In this document: positions 39,986 to 53,393 of the stretch, piece by piece
How the letters are laid out: each line of letters begins with the position of its first letter
Position numbering within the stretch: position 1 is the stretch's first letter
Source: Eledone cirrhosa
Taxonomy: Eukaryota
Direction: 5' to 3'
NCBI GenBank assembly: GCA_964016885.1
Contig: OZ024746.1
Location: 77,376,001-77,440,000 of the forward strand
Length of the DNA: 64,000 nt
The notes under the pieces: generated by a model
Databases searched by the model: none
What the model saw: the letters and a program-made list of their open reading frames with translations, nothing else
What the model was told of the DNA's origin: nothing
Made by a program: the position numbers and the translations under genes

Positions 39986-40286
39986 TGTGTGTTTTTATAT
40001 ATATGTGTATGTATATATATATATATACACACGCACACACTTTAGTTATAAAAGATGCACAATATTAAAAATTATCATTATAATTTAAAGACCATTATAT
40101 ATTTACTTACTGGTTCTTTGATGTCTATGAACACCACACGTTCCCTCTTCAAAACTCTATGAATAATTGTACAAATTTACTTACTTTTAAAAACTGCTTT
40201 ATTCTATATTCTATGGAGAAAGACTGAAAAGCAGCATGGATTTGGGTTGGGGAGATTGGCAAGGATTTTTTGCAAAGTGATCCGCT

Positions 40287-40342
<56 letters not shown>

Positions 40343-40709
40343 ATCATCATCATCAATATATATTCTTATATGGACTAGTCTTTCTTATTTAAATAATTAT
40401 GAACACTAAATGAAAGAATATTTTAATTAAGGTTAAAAGGTACAAATAAATTAAAATTAATAAGAAAAAAAAAGAAGAAAATTTTAAAAGTAAGTAAGAA
40501 CCTAGCTGTGCATCAATAATTTCCTTTCAAAACCCTTAAAACATTCTTTATGGCAATAATGTTTCACCCTCCAGCTCTAATCTGTTCTGCTTTTTTCTTC
40601 TCAAATATGTTTCTGAACATAGTTTGTGTTATTGACAAAATTCAGAAGATAATAAAAAAAAATATTTGTGAAATTTTTTAAAGAATTTAATGTAACTTAA
40701 TTGTCTTAT

Positions 40710-40844
<135 letters not shown>

Positions 40845-41170
40845 TGTACACACACACCATCGTTTTTATGTCTATTTTTCATTGTTGGTATGGCTTGCGC
40901 GCACACACACCTACATCCACACACACACACTGGTGCAATTGCACAGACACATACATTTTACTTAAAGGATTTTTAAAGGGTTTTACGCTTAGGTAGATTT
41001 CATGTCATCATATTTCCAACAAAAGCTTCACAATAGTTTTCAGTATAGGGAAAATAAAAACAAAGTAAAAAAAAAACTACCCAACATTTCTATAAAGAAA
41101 GGAATTTTAATTTTCTCTCTAGATTATTTTCAGTGGAGCAAAACCCATTGATATGTTTTGTTGTTGTATG

Positions 41171-41238
<68 letters not shown>

Positions 41239-41612
41239 GGGTGTGTTGTATGGTATATATATACGTGTGTGTGTATATATACACACACACAAGTTTGTGT
41301 GTGTTGTATGGTATATATATACATGTGTGTATATATGTATATGTATGTATGTATGTATGTATGTATATGTATAATATATAAATGCTGTAAAGGCTTAATG
41401 TATTCATAACTCTATAATGGTTATTTTGAATGCCTTTAATTCTTCCAGGTTGCCTATGATGTGTGTGTGTGTGTGTGTGTACAGGCATGGGATAAATGAT
41501 AATCACTCATTTATTCATATAACTTCTATTGACAGAAGCTACCATAAGCATCCTGTATATTTGTGTCTCTGTGTGTGTGTCTATGTATTTGTGTCTCTAT
41601 GTAAATGAATGC

Positions 41613-41665
<53 letters not shown>

Positions 41666-42034
41666 ATCATAATTTAATGTCTGTTTTCCATGCTAGCAAG
41701 TATTGGATGCGTTGCCACAGACAAAGTGTACTTAATCGCTGCTACTGCCCTCTCCCTGTAAGGCTGACCAGGGACCTGCATCTTGCTTACACATGTTCCC
41801 TACAGTGTACACCGGATGCATTCAATCACATTAGGGTGTTTGCCATGTCTTTAACACAACTAACATGTCTCCTCAGCCCTTTGGCAAGTTTTCTTATGAG
41901 ATATGATGGCAGGATTATTGCAAAAGTTTAAATAGTTTTTAAAGAAAATTATGTTAGGAAATTGAAAATGAAGGAAATCTATCTTTCATTGTCAATTTTC
42001 CATTTTTCTTTTATGGATATCAACTCTAAAAGCA

Positions 42035-42099
<65 letters not shown>

Positions 42100-42211
42100 C
42101 ATACACATTCAATAAAAATACATACTCTACTCATATATTGAATTCTTTTCCTTATATCCATTACCAGTAGTGTACAGACACATGCACACACACTCACACA
42201 CACACATATTC

Positions 42212-42244
<33 letters not shown>

Positions 42245-43779
42245 TATGTGTAAAAGCATTAATCTTTATTGTCCAGCAATAATCTTTTTAATATTTTCTT
42301 TCTACATTTCAATGTATTTTGTTGTTGTTAGTAGTAGTATGTATAGTCATCATCATCATCATCATCATCATCTTTATTTTGTGTTGCTTTTTTGCTTTTT
42401 TTTATTATTATATATATCATTATTAATTCTGAATTGTTATTTTGCAAGCACACATTCATTCTGGTGTATTCTTTTTCATTCCTTTCTTTGTCCTTCCCTG
42501 TCGAATGTACCTGTCACTCAAAGGCTGATATTGGTCTAATTCATTCTATTTTTCCACAAAGAAACATTCTTTTTTCCTCCCCCCTCCCCTTTCACCTGTC
42601 TTTTTTTCTTTTCCTTTTCCACTTGCTCCTTGAAATAATACAAATAACAAAGAAATCAAGCAGCAGAAAAGCAAAGAAGTGTGTTTTTCAGTTGGAAATT
42701 TTTAATCTTCACTTTTTCTTCAAGAGTCTGTTAATTGCTTCTATGTCTCCTTTTCACTGCTGGTAAGTGGCTTGTGTGTATTTCAGACTTGTAATCTTTC
42801 CTGACGGATGCTGAGACGCTGACGGTGATTACTGTCTGTTGATGCCAATACAGCAAGGTGACAATATTAGCTCTGAGAATTAGTGCTGTTTAATTTCCAA
42901 GTGAATAAATTTAATTGTCTTCATATTCTCTCATAGACCATACTGGAGAAGAGAAGAGTAGTGAAGATTTGATAGAGTGTAGGGTAAAAAATGCTAACTT
43001 CAATATTGGCTGCTTTTCAAGGAGACAGGCTTGCATTGTCCTAGAGCATGGCTTATGGCATTGAGTGGAGCTGTTTACTTTTAATCATAGCTCATGTATA
43101 CATAATCTGCTCATTTATTTCCATCCAGGATATGTTGAGATTATCAAGCAATATTTTCCTCTCTCTTCTTTTAAGAGAGACTTGCTCAAGGCATAAATAC
43201 CAAGAGAGGTGAAACATATTAAACCGTTGTGTCTATGTCTTGATAAGGCTTCTTTGGAACTTTTATTGTAATTATTTTTCATGTGAAATGTATGAAAAAA
43301 ATGTTGTGAAGAGACATGGTCTTGTGGTTAGGGCATTGACCTCACAATCATGAGGTTGCGGGCTCGATTCTCAGACCAGATTGCACATTGTATCTTTGAG
43401 CAAGACACTTCATGTCATGTTGCTTTTCATGATATGACTAGAACCATTAACATTAAAACACTTGATAAATCTCTTATTAGATGCAACCTGGTAGGAGGCC
43501 AGCTAAACTTGTGTAGGTGTGAGCTGTATATTTCATTTCATTTCATTTTCATTTTTCATTCACAAAAACACTTTGCCCACGCTTGCTTCTTGTAGAGGAA
43601 CTTCCCACGTGCAAACACATGGTCAATCATGACCAAAGGAGGCCTTTAACCCTGTCATTTAGTTACACATATATCGACAACAATACGGCAAAAAGTACCA
43701 CATTTATATCATCAGCCATTAAAATTTGTCAGTTTAGTCCCCCCCCCCCCCCCAAAAAAAAAGTAACATTACTTGATTG

Positions 43780-44110
43780 ATTGCGTAGCTTGTAGTCACT
43801 CCAGATAGAGCCGCTACTTCTCCAGATTGAGAGATCACAGCTCTGATACCACAGGCATGTGATCAGCATGTCTATGGAAAGAATTACTAGACAGATTTTA
43901 AGGGCAAAACCAACCGGCAAGAGACCCAGGAGTAGACTCTGAACAAGATGGTTGGATAACAACAATGAGCTCGGCTGGTCTTACTTGGGGATCCAGCTGG
44001 ATCAATTAGAGACAGTTGTTCCTCACAGATCCCACTGGAAGGTATGCTTCAGGACTCTCTCTGCCCCCATGATTTTCACAGAAATAAATGGGCAAAGAAG
44101 AAGAGAAGAA
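43780..44110 (+). mobile_element. Degenerate RTE (Expander-like) 3' end
   Basis: IEPLLLQIERSQL*YHRHVISM..KPTGKRPRSRL; matches 36960-37270. Confidence 0.75.
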
Positions 44111-44499
44111 TGCTATCAGGAACAGAAAAGCTCCTTTTAGAAATGTTGAGCACTCTTTAAATATTTACCATCAGCAAAAGAGGTGAATGTGTGTATAGCC
44201 AGCAATACTTGTTAAAGATTATTATTATATTAAATTATATTATATTATTATTGGCTCTTGTTGGAAGTTATGTTTTACCATTATAATTGGGCAAACAAAT
44301 GGAAACAATTACGTTATGTTTCAAAGAACTACATACAAAAGTGGCGATTGGGGGGGGGGGGTAAAAATAGAGAAAGAGGTAGAATCAATGTTATTTGTGT
44401 GGATGTGTGTGTGTGAGAGAGTGTGAGAGTGAGTGAATGTGTCTTTTATATGTCTGCTATTTTCAAACTTTGATTCTTCTATGTGAAGAACATTGCTGC

Positions 44500-44910
44500 C
44501 GGAGGTGATAGTGGTAGTGGTGGGGCGTATGATGATAGTGATGATGGTAATAGTGGGGTGACAATGTTAGTGAGGAGTGTGATAGTAGTGATGTTTGTGA
44601 TGATGATGATGGTGGTGGCAATGGTTGTGTTGATGATGATGGTGGCAATGGTTGTGTTGATGATGATGATGGTGGCAATGGTTGTGTTGTTGTTGATGAT
44701 GGTGATTGTGATGATAATGATGATGGTGGCAATGGTTGTGTTGATGATGATGATGACAATGGTTGTGTTGATGATGATGACGATGATGGTGATTGTGATG
44801 ATAATAATGATGGTGGCGATGGTTGTGTTGATGATGATGATGACAATGGTTGTGTTGTTGTTGTTGATGATGATGATGGTGATTGTGATGATAATGATGG
44901 CGGCAATGAT
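44500..44910. repeat. (GAT/GGT)n tract with higher-order GGTGGCAATGGTTGTGTT units
   Basis: Direct reading. Confidence 0.88.
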
Positions 44911-45352
44911 GCAATTTTCTCTTTTCATCTTCATGTTTAAATATTGTCGACTAGAACATTAAAAAAAAACATAATAAACAAACAAACAAAAGAAACAATA
45001 ACTAAAACCAAACCAAAGAATATGAATTAAATAAAAACCAGAAAGAAAGAAAGAAACATTTTTCAGAATTATAAACATGTTTTAAGTTAATCTACACGTA
45101 TTTGTCTCCCCCTGTTATTTCGAAAGCATTACGATGATTTATGAAGCAGCAAAGGTTATATTAAAAGAACTCAATAGATATTTATTTTTAATTAATGTGT
45201 GTTTCAGTTCTTTCCTAAAGAGGGTGATAATGTTTTATATAATAAATTACCGAAAACATACCATTCCTTCCCGCTACCTACAACACCAGCACCACCTTAA
45301 CTGGTCGTAATATAACAGATTTCAATAAAATTCTTTAGTCTTTGATATTTTT

Positions 45353-45398
<46 letters not shown>

Positions 45399-45505
45399 CA
45401 TCGTCATCATCATCATTATCATGGGATAGGATGGCGGGGGGGGGGGGGGATTAGATATTGATGGCACTTGTTTGTGCTCTAGCAATCTGGAAATGGCTCA
45501 CGCGT

Positions 45506-46326
<821 letters not shown>

Positions 46327-46525
46327 GATGAGTGCAGGTATAGCTGTGTAGTTAAGGTTTTTGCTTTACAACCATGTGGTTCTAGATCCAGTCCTACTGT
46401 GCAACACCTTCGGCATCTTCTACTACAGCTTTGGGTTGACCAATACCTTGTGAGTGGAATTTGGTAGGCGGAAAATGCAGAAGCCCGTTTTATATATATA
46501 TATATATATTATATATATATATATA

Positions 46526-46834
46526 TTTCGTTTCTGAACACAGACACCTGGATGTAACACATGTGCAAACTAAGCACACAACACACACACAAAAACAAGA
46601 TGGCGTAGGAAAGAACAAAGGAGAGGCACAAAAACAAAGAAAAGAATCCCCAGTCACTGAAGAGGTCACAGAATGTGTGACGAAAGAACTTTCACAATAT
46701 ATGAACAATCGTCTGGTTGTGGAACCAACCAACCAACCAACCGGAAATTTATAAATTCCTAAATTTATAATAAATTGAAGTGAAAGCAACTGGTGCGTGT
46801 GTTTCTTATTGGCAACATGACCCTCCCAAAGCAT

Positions 46835-46839
<5 letters not shown>
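46526..46839 (+). mobile_element. Short element in (TA)n with a degenerate hammerhead-like motif and AATAAA (solo LTR- or pLTR-like)
   Basis: Unique island between (TA)n tracts; CTGAAGA-g-GTCACA-gaatg-TGTGAC-GAAA at 46657-46685. Confidence 0.4.
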
Positions 46840-46885
<46 letters not shown>

Positions 46886-46998
46886 GGAGGTGAGTTTTAT
46901 TGTAGTACAATAAAGCAATGCAGATATCGGATAAGAAGCACTCTACAGTTTGTAGGACTGGAGTATACATAATATAAGATCAAAAGATGGTTAAAGGA

Positions 46999-47084
46999 GT
47001 TCCATGTATTTTATTATGCGCATTTCAAAAACAAACATCATCATGCAATAATATTTGTGTTTTCATCAGATAAAACAGGAGAAC
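46999..47084 (-). ncRNA. Type I hammerhead ribozyme, mirror copy in the left arm
   Basis: Reverse complement of 47183-47268. Confidence 0.78.
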
Positions 47085-47182
47085 ATGATATGAAGGCTAA
47101 AAAACACTTGTGGATAGTGCAGTTGATTATATGTTGATTTAAAACTGCACTATCCACAAGTGCTTTTTAGCCTTCATATCAT

Positions 47183-47268
47183 GTTCTCCTGTTTTATCTG
47201 ATGAAAACACAAATATTATTGCATGATGATGTTTGTTTTTGAAATGCGCATAATAAAATACATGGAAC
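47183..47268 (+). ncRNA. Type I hammerhead ribozyme (minimal stem III)
   Basis: TTTTAT CTGATGA(47198-47204) [16-bp stem II with 3 G-U, 1 mismatch, GCAT loop] GAAA(47241-47244) TGCGCA TA^ ATAAAA; stem I TTTTAT/ATAAAA extends to GTTC/GAAC. Confidence 0.8.
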
Positions 47269-47290
47269 TCCTTTAACCATCTTTTGATCT

Positions 47291-47338
<48 letters not shown>

Positions 47339-47597
47339 GTTCATGTGTGTTTCTGTGTCCTGTAATTTAGCAGTTCAACAAAAAAGGATATCGATGAAAT
47401 AAGTATCAGATTTAAAAAAGATCCGATGGCTTAAATGAAGGTAGTGCCCCAGCTTGGTCACAGTCTAACCAAAACCAGTAAAAGAATAACAAATGTGTGT
47501 GTTTTTACATGCACACACACATATTAACATACTCACACATACACACATATATATATACACATACGCACTCATGCATACACACATTAATATATTCATA

Positions 47598-47634
<37 letters not shown>

Positions 47635-48729
47635 CTTGCTGTGTCTTCTCTCTCTCCCTCTCTTACTCTTTCTCTCTTCTTTTACTATATTGTATGGTAG
47701 TAATTTGTTTAATAGCATCTAATTAATTTGGAGGCAATGAAAACGAATCTAAAGTTCGTTATGTGCATTATGTTCATTCGATGGCTTTCGACAGCCGTAA
47801 CAATGGCCATCATTGATTTTCTCCCCTTCTTTACTTAAGTGTGGTGGTGGTGGTGGTGGTGTCCTGCTACTGTTGTTGTTGTTGTTGGTGGTGGTGGTGC
47901 AGCTGTTGGTGGTGGTGTGGTGGTGTTGTTGGTGGTGGTGTTTGTGGTAGTGCTGATGTCAGTGATAGTCGTTGTGGTAGCACTACTGGTGGTAGTAGTA
48001 TTAGTATTATAATCACTAGTTATAGAGAAAGACCTACACAGAAAGTTGATCCCAGATAAAGATCACTTGATTCCTTCATAATATTGTGTAATTGATAGTG
48101 TGTGTGTGTGTGGTGTTTGGCACTTGTATGTTGTGTATATGGTGTGTGTGTGTGGTGTTTGGCACTTGTATGTTGTGTATATGGTGTGTGTGGATCTAAT
48201 GAATTATTTACTAAAACCCCCATCAACTGCTGTTGACCACCGACACTCCCCTAGCCCTACTGTCCACAATAGTCATAAAGAGGTGGAGTTGGGGTGGATC
48301 AATAGGTAAAGGTGGAGGGAGCTCTGTCTGTTTGTCCTTCTATCTGTCCAAAGCTGGAAGATACAGATATGGGTGGGGCTGAGTCAATACTTGTACTGAA
48401 TGACTTGTTTATCCTTGGTACACAATAGTCATTGGGTGACTGTGTTATCTAATCTTGTATCAATTACTGGGTGTGATTGTTGTATTATTTTACTGGTTTT
48501 CAGTCATTAGAGTGTAGCCATGCTGTGGCATCGTGATGATTTACTCGGATCATATTGACCCCACTACCTGTTTTGTTTTCAATTCTTATGCTGATTTTAT
48601 TGATGTTGTTTTGTTTGAAACATTAAGTTAAGGGATAAACACACACAAATGTTGCCATGAACACACACACACATTGTATGTATATATATGTATAACCCAT
48701 GCAAGCATTTAAAATAGGTGTTAAATGAT

Positions 48730-48772
<43 letters not shown>

Positions 48773-48919
48773 GGGTTCAGTAAGAAACTGGTTAGACCAT
48801 TACTCACAAGAGTCAATACTTGAGGTAGTAGAGTATAGTTATATGTACGAGTCAAGACTCCGACTGCTGAGCTCTTGCCATTTACACACACATGCACACA
48901 TATCATCATCACCGATTTA

Positions 48920-49060
48920 CGTTTATTCAAATCCCTCCGAGGTTAATTTTGCCTTTCATCCTTACGGGTTCAATAAAATAAAGCACTCAGGTCAATTTAA
49001 TCGACTTTCCCCCTCCCCAAAATTGTTGGCTTTGTGCCTAAATCAGAAATCATCATTATA
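48920..49060 (+). mobile_element. 5'-truncated tRNA-type SINE
   Basis: ttcaaatccc.ccgaggttaattttgcctttcatccttacggg..ttgtgcctaaatcagaaatcatcatta. Confidence 0.8.
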
Positions 49061-49061
49061 A

Positions 49062-49540
49062 CTAGCAGAAAAATCACCCTTCGGGTGGTTTTCTGCTAGC
49101 ATGTTGTAGTGTGTATATTGATATTATACGCAAGTATATATACATGTAAATATGATAAGTCAAATAAAATCGTAATTGACAATATACACAGAAATTGAAT
49201 GAAGACTGCGTTACACTCTCTCATGTAATCAGTAACTTAATCCATGATACATTTAGAAAAAAACGATATTATATATAAAATGCATTAGGAGAAAATTAGT
49301 GACAGAAAATTAATATGTTTATTTAAGCGATCGCCACCGGAAGTGTTGATATTTGAAGATTTTAAAGAAGTGAATCTTTAAATAAATAATAAAATATATT
49401 TAATGAACAGCCATGAAATTTAGTAGATAAATTATGTAATATTCATTATTTATTCAAAGTAATCCAACTTATTTTACTAATGGGATAAAAAATTATAAAC
49501 CGTACGCAGTCCCGCACTTCTTACTTTATTATAGTTTAGA
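49062..49540 (-). mobile_element. Non-autonomous Helitron
   Basis: Minus strand a|TCTAAACTATAATAAAG ... CTAGCAGAAAACCACCC-GAA-GGGTGATTTTTCTGCTAG|t: 5'-TC, 3'-CTAG, terminal hairpin, A|T target, no TSD. Confidence 0.8.
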
Positions 49541-51330
49541 TTATTGTTTCTTCACTCAGCTTATAACGCTGGAGATGTATTACAGTGTTAGCTGTTCACT
49601 AGCAGTGAACTAAGGTAACGCTCTTATTTTTCGAGTACCCTCCAGAGTATTTGAGCTGTTCCAAGCAATGCTATTTTTTAAAAGTTTTCCATCCATATTG
49701 CTATCCTTAAGTATTGTTTTATCTATCAAAAACTGGTTCTTTGAGCCTCTGCACTTATGCTTGCTCTTTTTCTGCTTATCTGGTAGAACTCCATTTTCTT
49801 CAAGATGCCCGAACATTGATTCTGCCATTATTCCAGTCAGTAATTTCCTTCAGTGATATCTTTTAAGTACAAAACTGTCCTCCCCTTTGTCAGCCACTCC
49901 AGTATCACATTATCAGTATTTTGCAATGTGTTGAGTTGTTCTGTTGTTTGTTCATGTCATTGACTAAAATTTTGATCTAATCCCGGAGACTTCCAGTTGC
50001 TCATCTTTCTAACTTCCTTCATGTCCCTGGTTGAAATGACTAGTTCTGCCTGTCGTGGGCAAACTGTTGTTTGTTTAATTTCTTCTAACCATTCAACGTC
50101 CTTCTTGTGCTCCCCTTTACTCCAAATGTCGCTCCAAAACTTTTGACTTTCAATGTTATCCAGTATAGTCACTTCATTTGTACACTCTCCATTTATTTCT
50201 CAGTAAAATCTCTTTTAGTCTACTCTCAATAGTCTATTTTGCTGATATTGCTTTATTCTTTATTCGTATCTAACTCTCTTTTCTTTTGTTGCTATGAGGC
50301 GTGGCTTGAGTTCCACCATTACTACTTTTAGGCCTTTCATGCCATACTTTCTTCCCAGTGCTCTGTATTTTTTTTTTTTTCCTTTTTTAAGTTCCTTCTT
50401 CTCTTTAATAACTAAGACAGACAGAAATATCCTTCTAGAGGGTATCTATACTGGCCTGTATTCTCTTTTTCCACCATGGCTCTTTTTCTTTTTTGGTCTC
50501 CCTTAATGCTTTTCTTTGCCATTACATCTAAGTCCATATATTCTGCTACAACAATGCTTGCTGAATTTATCAGGTCATTTGTTTCTGTGATGTTATTTGT
50601 TTTGATGTATTTCAGAACTGCATTCATCTTATGTTTCTTGGTTCAGCTTGCATAGCTCTATCTTCTTTAGGTTGCAAATAAGATTCCTATTGTCCTCCTG
50701 TAACCTTGCCTTTATTCTGTCGTACATTGACTTCTGTTCATTTGTCATATTTTCATTAATTTCATTGTCTTCTATACCATCTATATTTCTCTCACCAGAC
50801 ACACCATCTCTATCCTGTTTCTGTGGGTTACTAGAAATCTCTTCACCCTTGTCCTCAACTAATTTCCCTTTCCTCAGTAAAACCTTCATTTTCACAATTT
50901 CTTTCACTGCTGCTTCCCGATACCCGTCTTTTAATAGCTTCAAATCCACTTCTGTCAACCAGCGATTTTTCTTTTCTTATTGCTCTGGTTTGGTCATCAT
51001 AACCTCTGCTCTGAGTTGAAACAAGCCTCTTTCTCTCCATTCATTGTCGGCATCCTTTGATAGGGATCCCATTTTCATCTACAGGATTGTTTAAGTAGTA
51101 ACACTCCATGACCACAACATTTACTTGTTTACTCCACCTTTGTCGTGGTTGTTGGTCCATTGTTGAATAATGACCTGCTGGAGGCGGACCAGGTACTCCA
51201 AGTCTGCTGGGCATGGTACCTTCACCATCAATGGTTCCAGTTCCGTTATTGCCATTATTCTCAAATTTCTTTGGGATTTAGCATAATCACTCATATGAAG
51301 TAGAAAGAAATTGACTTAACATATCAGGTA
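49541..51330 (-). mobile_element. Old, internally deleted R4/Dong-like LINE of a second family
   Basis: Fragments WSKQVNVVVMECYY, QKFWSDIW, NWKSPG and LPDKQK..RGSKNQFLIDK join directly to C-terminal ALLGTAQILWRVLEK* and the 3' UTR. Confidence 0.8.
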
Positions 51331-51499
51331 GCAATTATTAGGTTGCACAACTACCAGTGTTTTTATTGTGATACCACCGATATTGTTATTATTATAAAGA
51401 CATTGTTATCACCATCATCACTATAAAACTCATTATCATCATTACCATCACCAACATCACCACCGTTATTATAAACAACTTTATTATTATTATTATCAT

Positions 51500-51502
<3 letters not shown>

Positions 51503-51568
<66 letters not shown>
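51503..51568. repeat. Head-to-head (TC)19(GA)14 fold-back
   Basis: Direct reading; sits at the 5' junction of the RTE. Confidence 0.9.
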
Positions 51569-51574
<6 letters not shown>

Positions 51575-53393
51575 CCGTGATATTGTCGGGGAGAAGTGTG
51601 TACTTAATGATGATGGTGTACTTGCCATCACTGACGCTGATAAGAAGGTAGCTTGGAAGTGTCACTACGAAAGACTACTAAATGAGGAGAATAAATGGGA
51701 GAAAGACAGTCTTCCCCACATCGACCCAATAGAGGGACCAGCAGTGTTAGTCGAAGGTAGTATAATAAGTAAGGCAATCAAAGATATGAAGACGGGTAAG
51801 GCGGCTGGGCCTTCGGAAATAGTTGCTGAAATGCTGAAAGCTTCTGGAACGGTGGGATACACCATGGTCACCCGGATAGTAAACCAAGTCATACAGAATG
51901 GGGCTGTTCCGAAGGACTGGCGTAGCAGCATCATCATTAACTGCTACAAGGGTAAAGGAGATGCCCTAGATAGGAGTAACTATAGAGGCATTAAATTAAT
52001 CGACCAGGTCATGAAGGTCACAGAAAAAGTAATAATCAGAGAGAGAATTGATCTAGATGAAATGCAGTTCGGGTTTGTGTCAGGCAAAAGTACCACAGAC
52101 GCTCTTTTCATTGTACGACAACTTCAGGAGAAGTACCTAGCTAAAAGTAAACCCCTATACTTAGCTTTTGTCGACTTGGAGAAAGCCTTCGACAGAGTCC
52201 CCCCACTCCATTATCTGGTGGGCTCTTAGAAAACTAGGTGTTGATGAATGGCTTGTGAGAGCTATACAAGCCATGTATAAAGAAACAGTCAGCAAGGTTA
52301 GAATTAACAACGAATATAGTGAAGAGTTTAGCGTAAAAGTTGGTGTTCATCAGGGCTCCGTTCTTAGCCCCCTACTATTTATTATTGCCCTTCAGGCTAT
52401 AACAGTGGAGTTCAAGACTGGCTGCTCGTGGGAACTCCTATACGCAGATGATCTAACGCTCATAGCTGAATCAATGGCCGAACTAGAGAAGAAATTCCAA
52501 ACATGGAAGCATGGCCTAGAATCAAAAGGCCTTTTAACCTGACTAAGACTAAAGTTCTAGTTTGTAGGAAGGAAAATAGGGCGCCGGTCTCATCCGGGAA
52601 ATGGCCATGCTCAGTGTGTAGGAAAGGAGTAGGTAGAAACTCCATTTTATGTCCCAAATGCAAAGTATGGGTGCATAAAAGATGTAGTGGGATCACAGGT
52701 AAGCTAACTAAGAACATAGATTTTATATGTGGCCGGTGCTCTGGTGCAATAAGTAGCAGCAAGTGCCCACAGAATACTAGCTCATTCCATTGCACAGATG
52801 GTTCTATAGAAATAGTGGACAGCTTCCGTTACCTGGGTGACAAAATCAGCAGTGGGGGAGGGTGCTCTGAAAGTACAGTAGCTAGAGTCAGAACTGGATG
52901 GAAAAAGTTCAGAGAGCTTATACCACTATTAGCCGCTAAAGGGTTCTCCCTAAAAATGAAAGGCAGGCTGTATGATGCCTGCATACGAACAGCAATGTTG
53001 CATGGCAGTGAGACCTGGGCATTGTGTGAAGAGGATATACGCAGACTGGAGAGGACCGAAGCTTGCATGCTCCGCTGGATGTGTAATAGTAATATACGTG
53101 AACGGCAAAGCATAAGCGAGCTAAGGGAAAAATTAGAAATAAGAGGGATCAGATGTTGTTTACTCGAGAGAAGGCTACGTTCGTATGGTCACGTGATGCG
53201 CATGAAAGACGACAGCTGTATAAAAAAGTGCAGGGCAATAAAGATAGACGGTAGTCACGGAGTAGGCAGAGCCAGAAAAACCTGGGACGACTTGATAAAT
53301 TCTGACCTCACACACTTACATCTCTCCAAGACAATGTCACTGGACCGAGAACTTTGGCGCTACACAGTAATAGAGAAGACCCGCCTTACCTAA
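51569..53393 (+). pseudogene. RTE RT ORF broken by frameshifts near 52200 and 52530
   Basis: Three overlapping ORFs (51744-52229, 52168-52542, 52503-53393) carry consecutive RT motifs. Confidence 0.9.

Larger units (their letters stand above)
46969..47298. repeat. Near-perfect inverted repeat, 156-bp arms, 18-nt spacer (Penelope-like inverted pLTR pair)
   Basis: 46969-47124 is the reverse complement of 47143-47298, with one mismatch seen. Confidence 0.95.
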
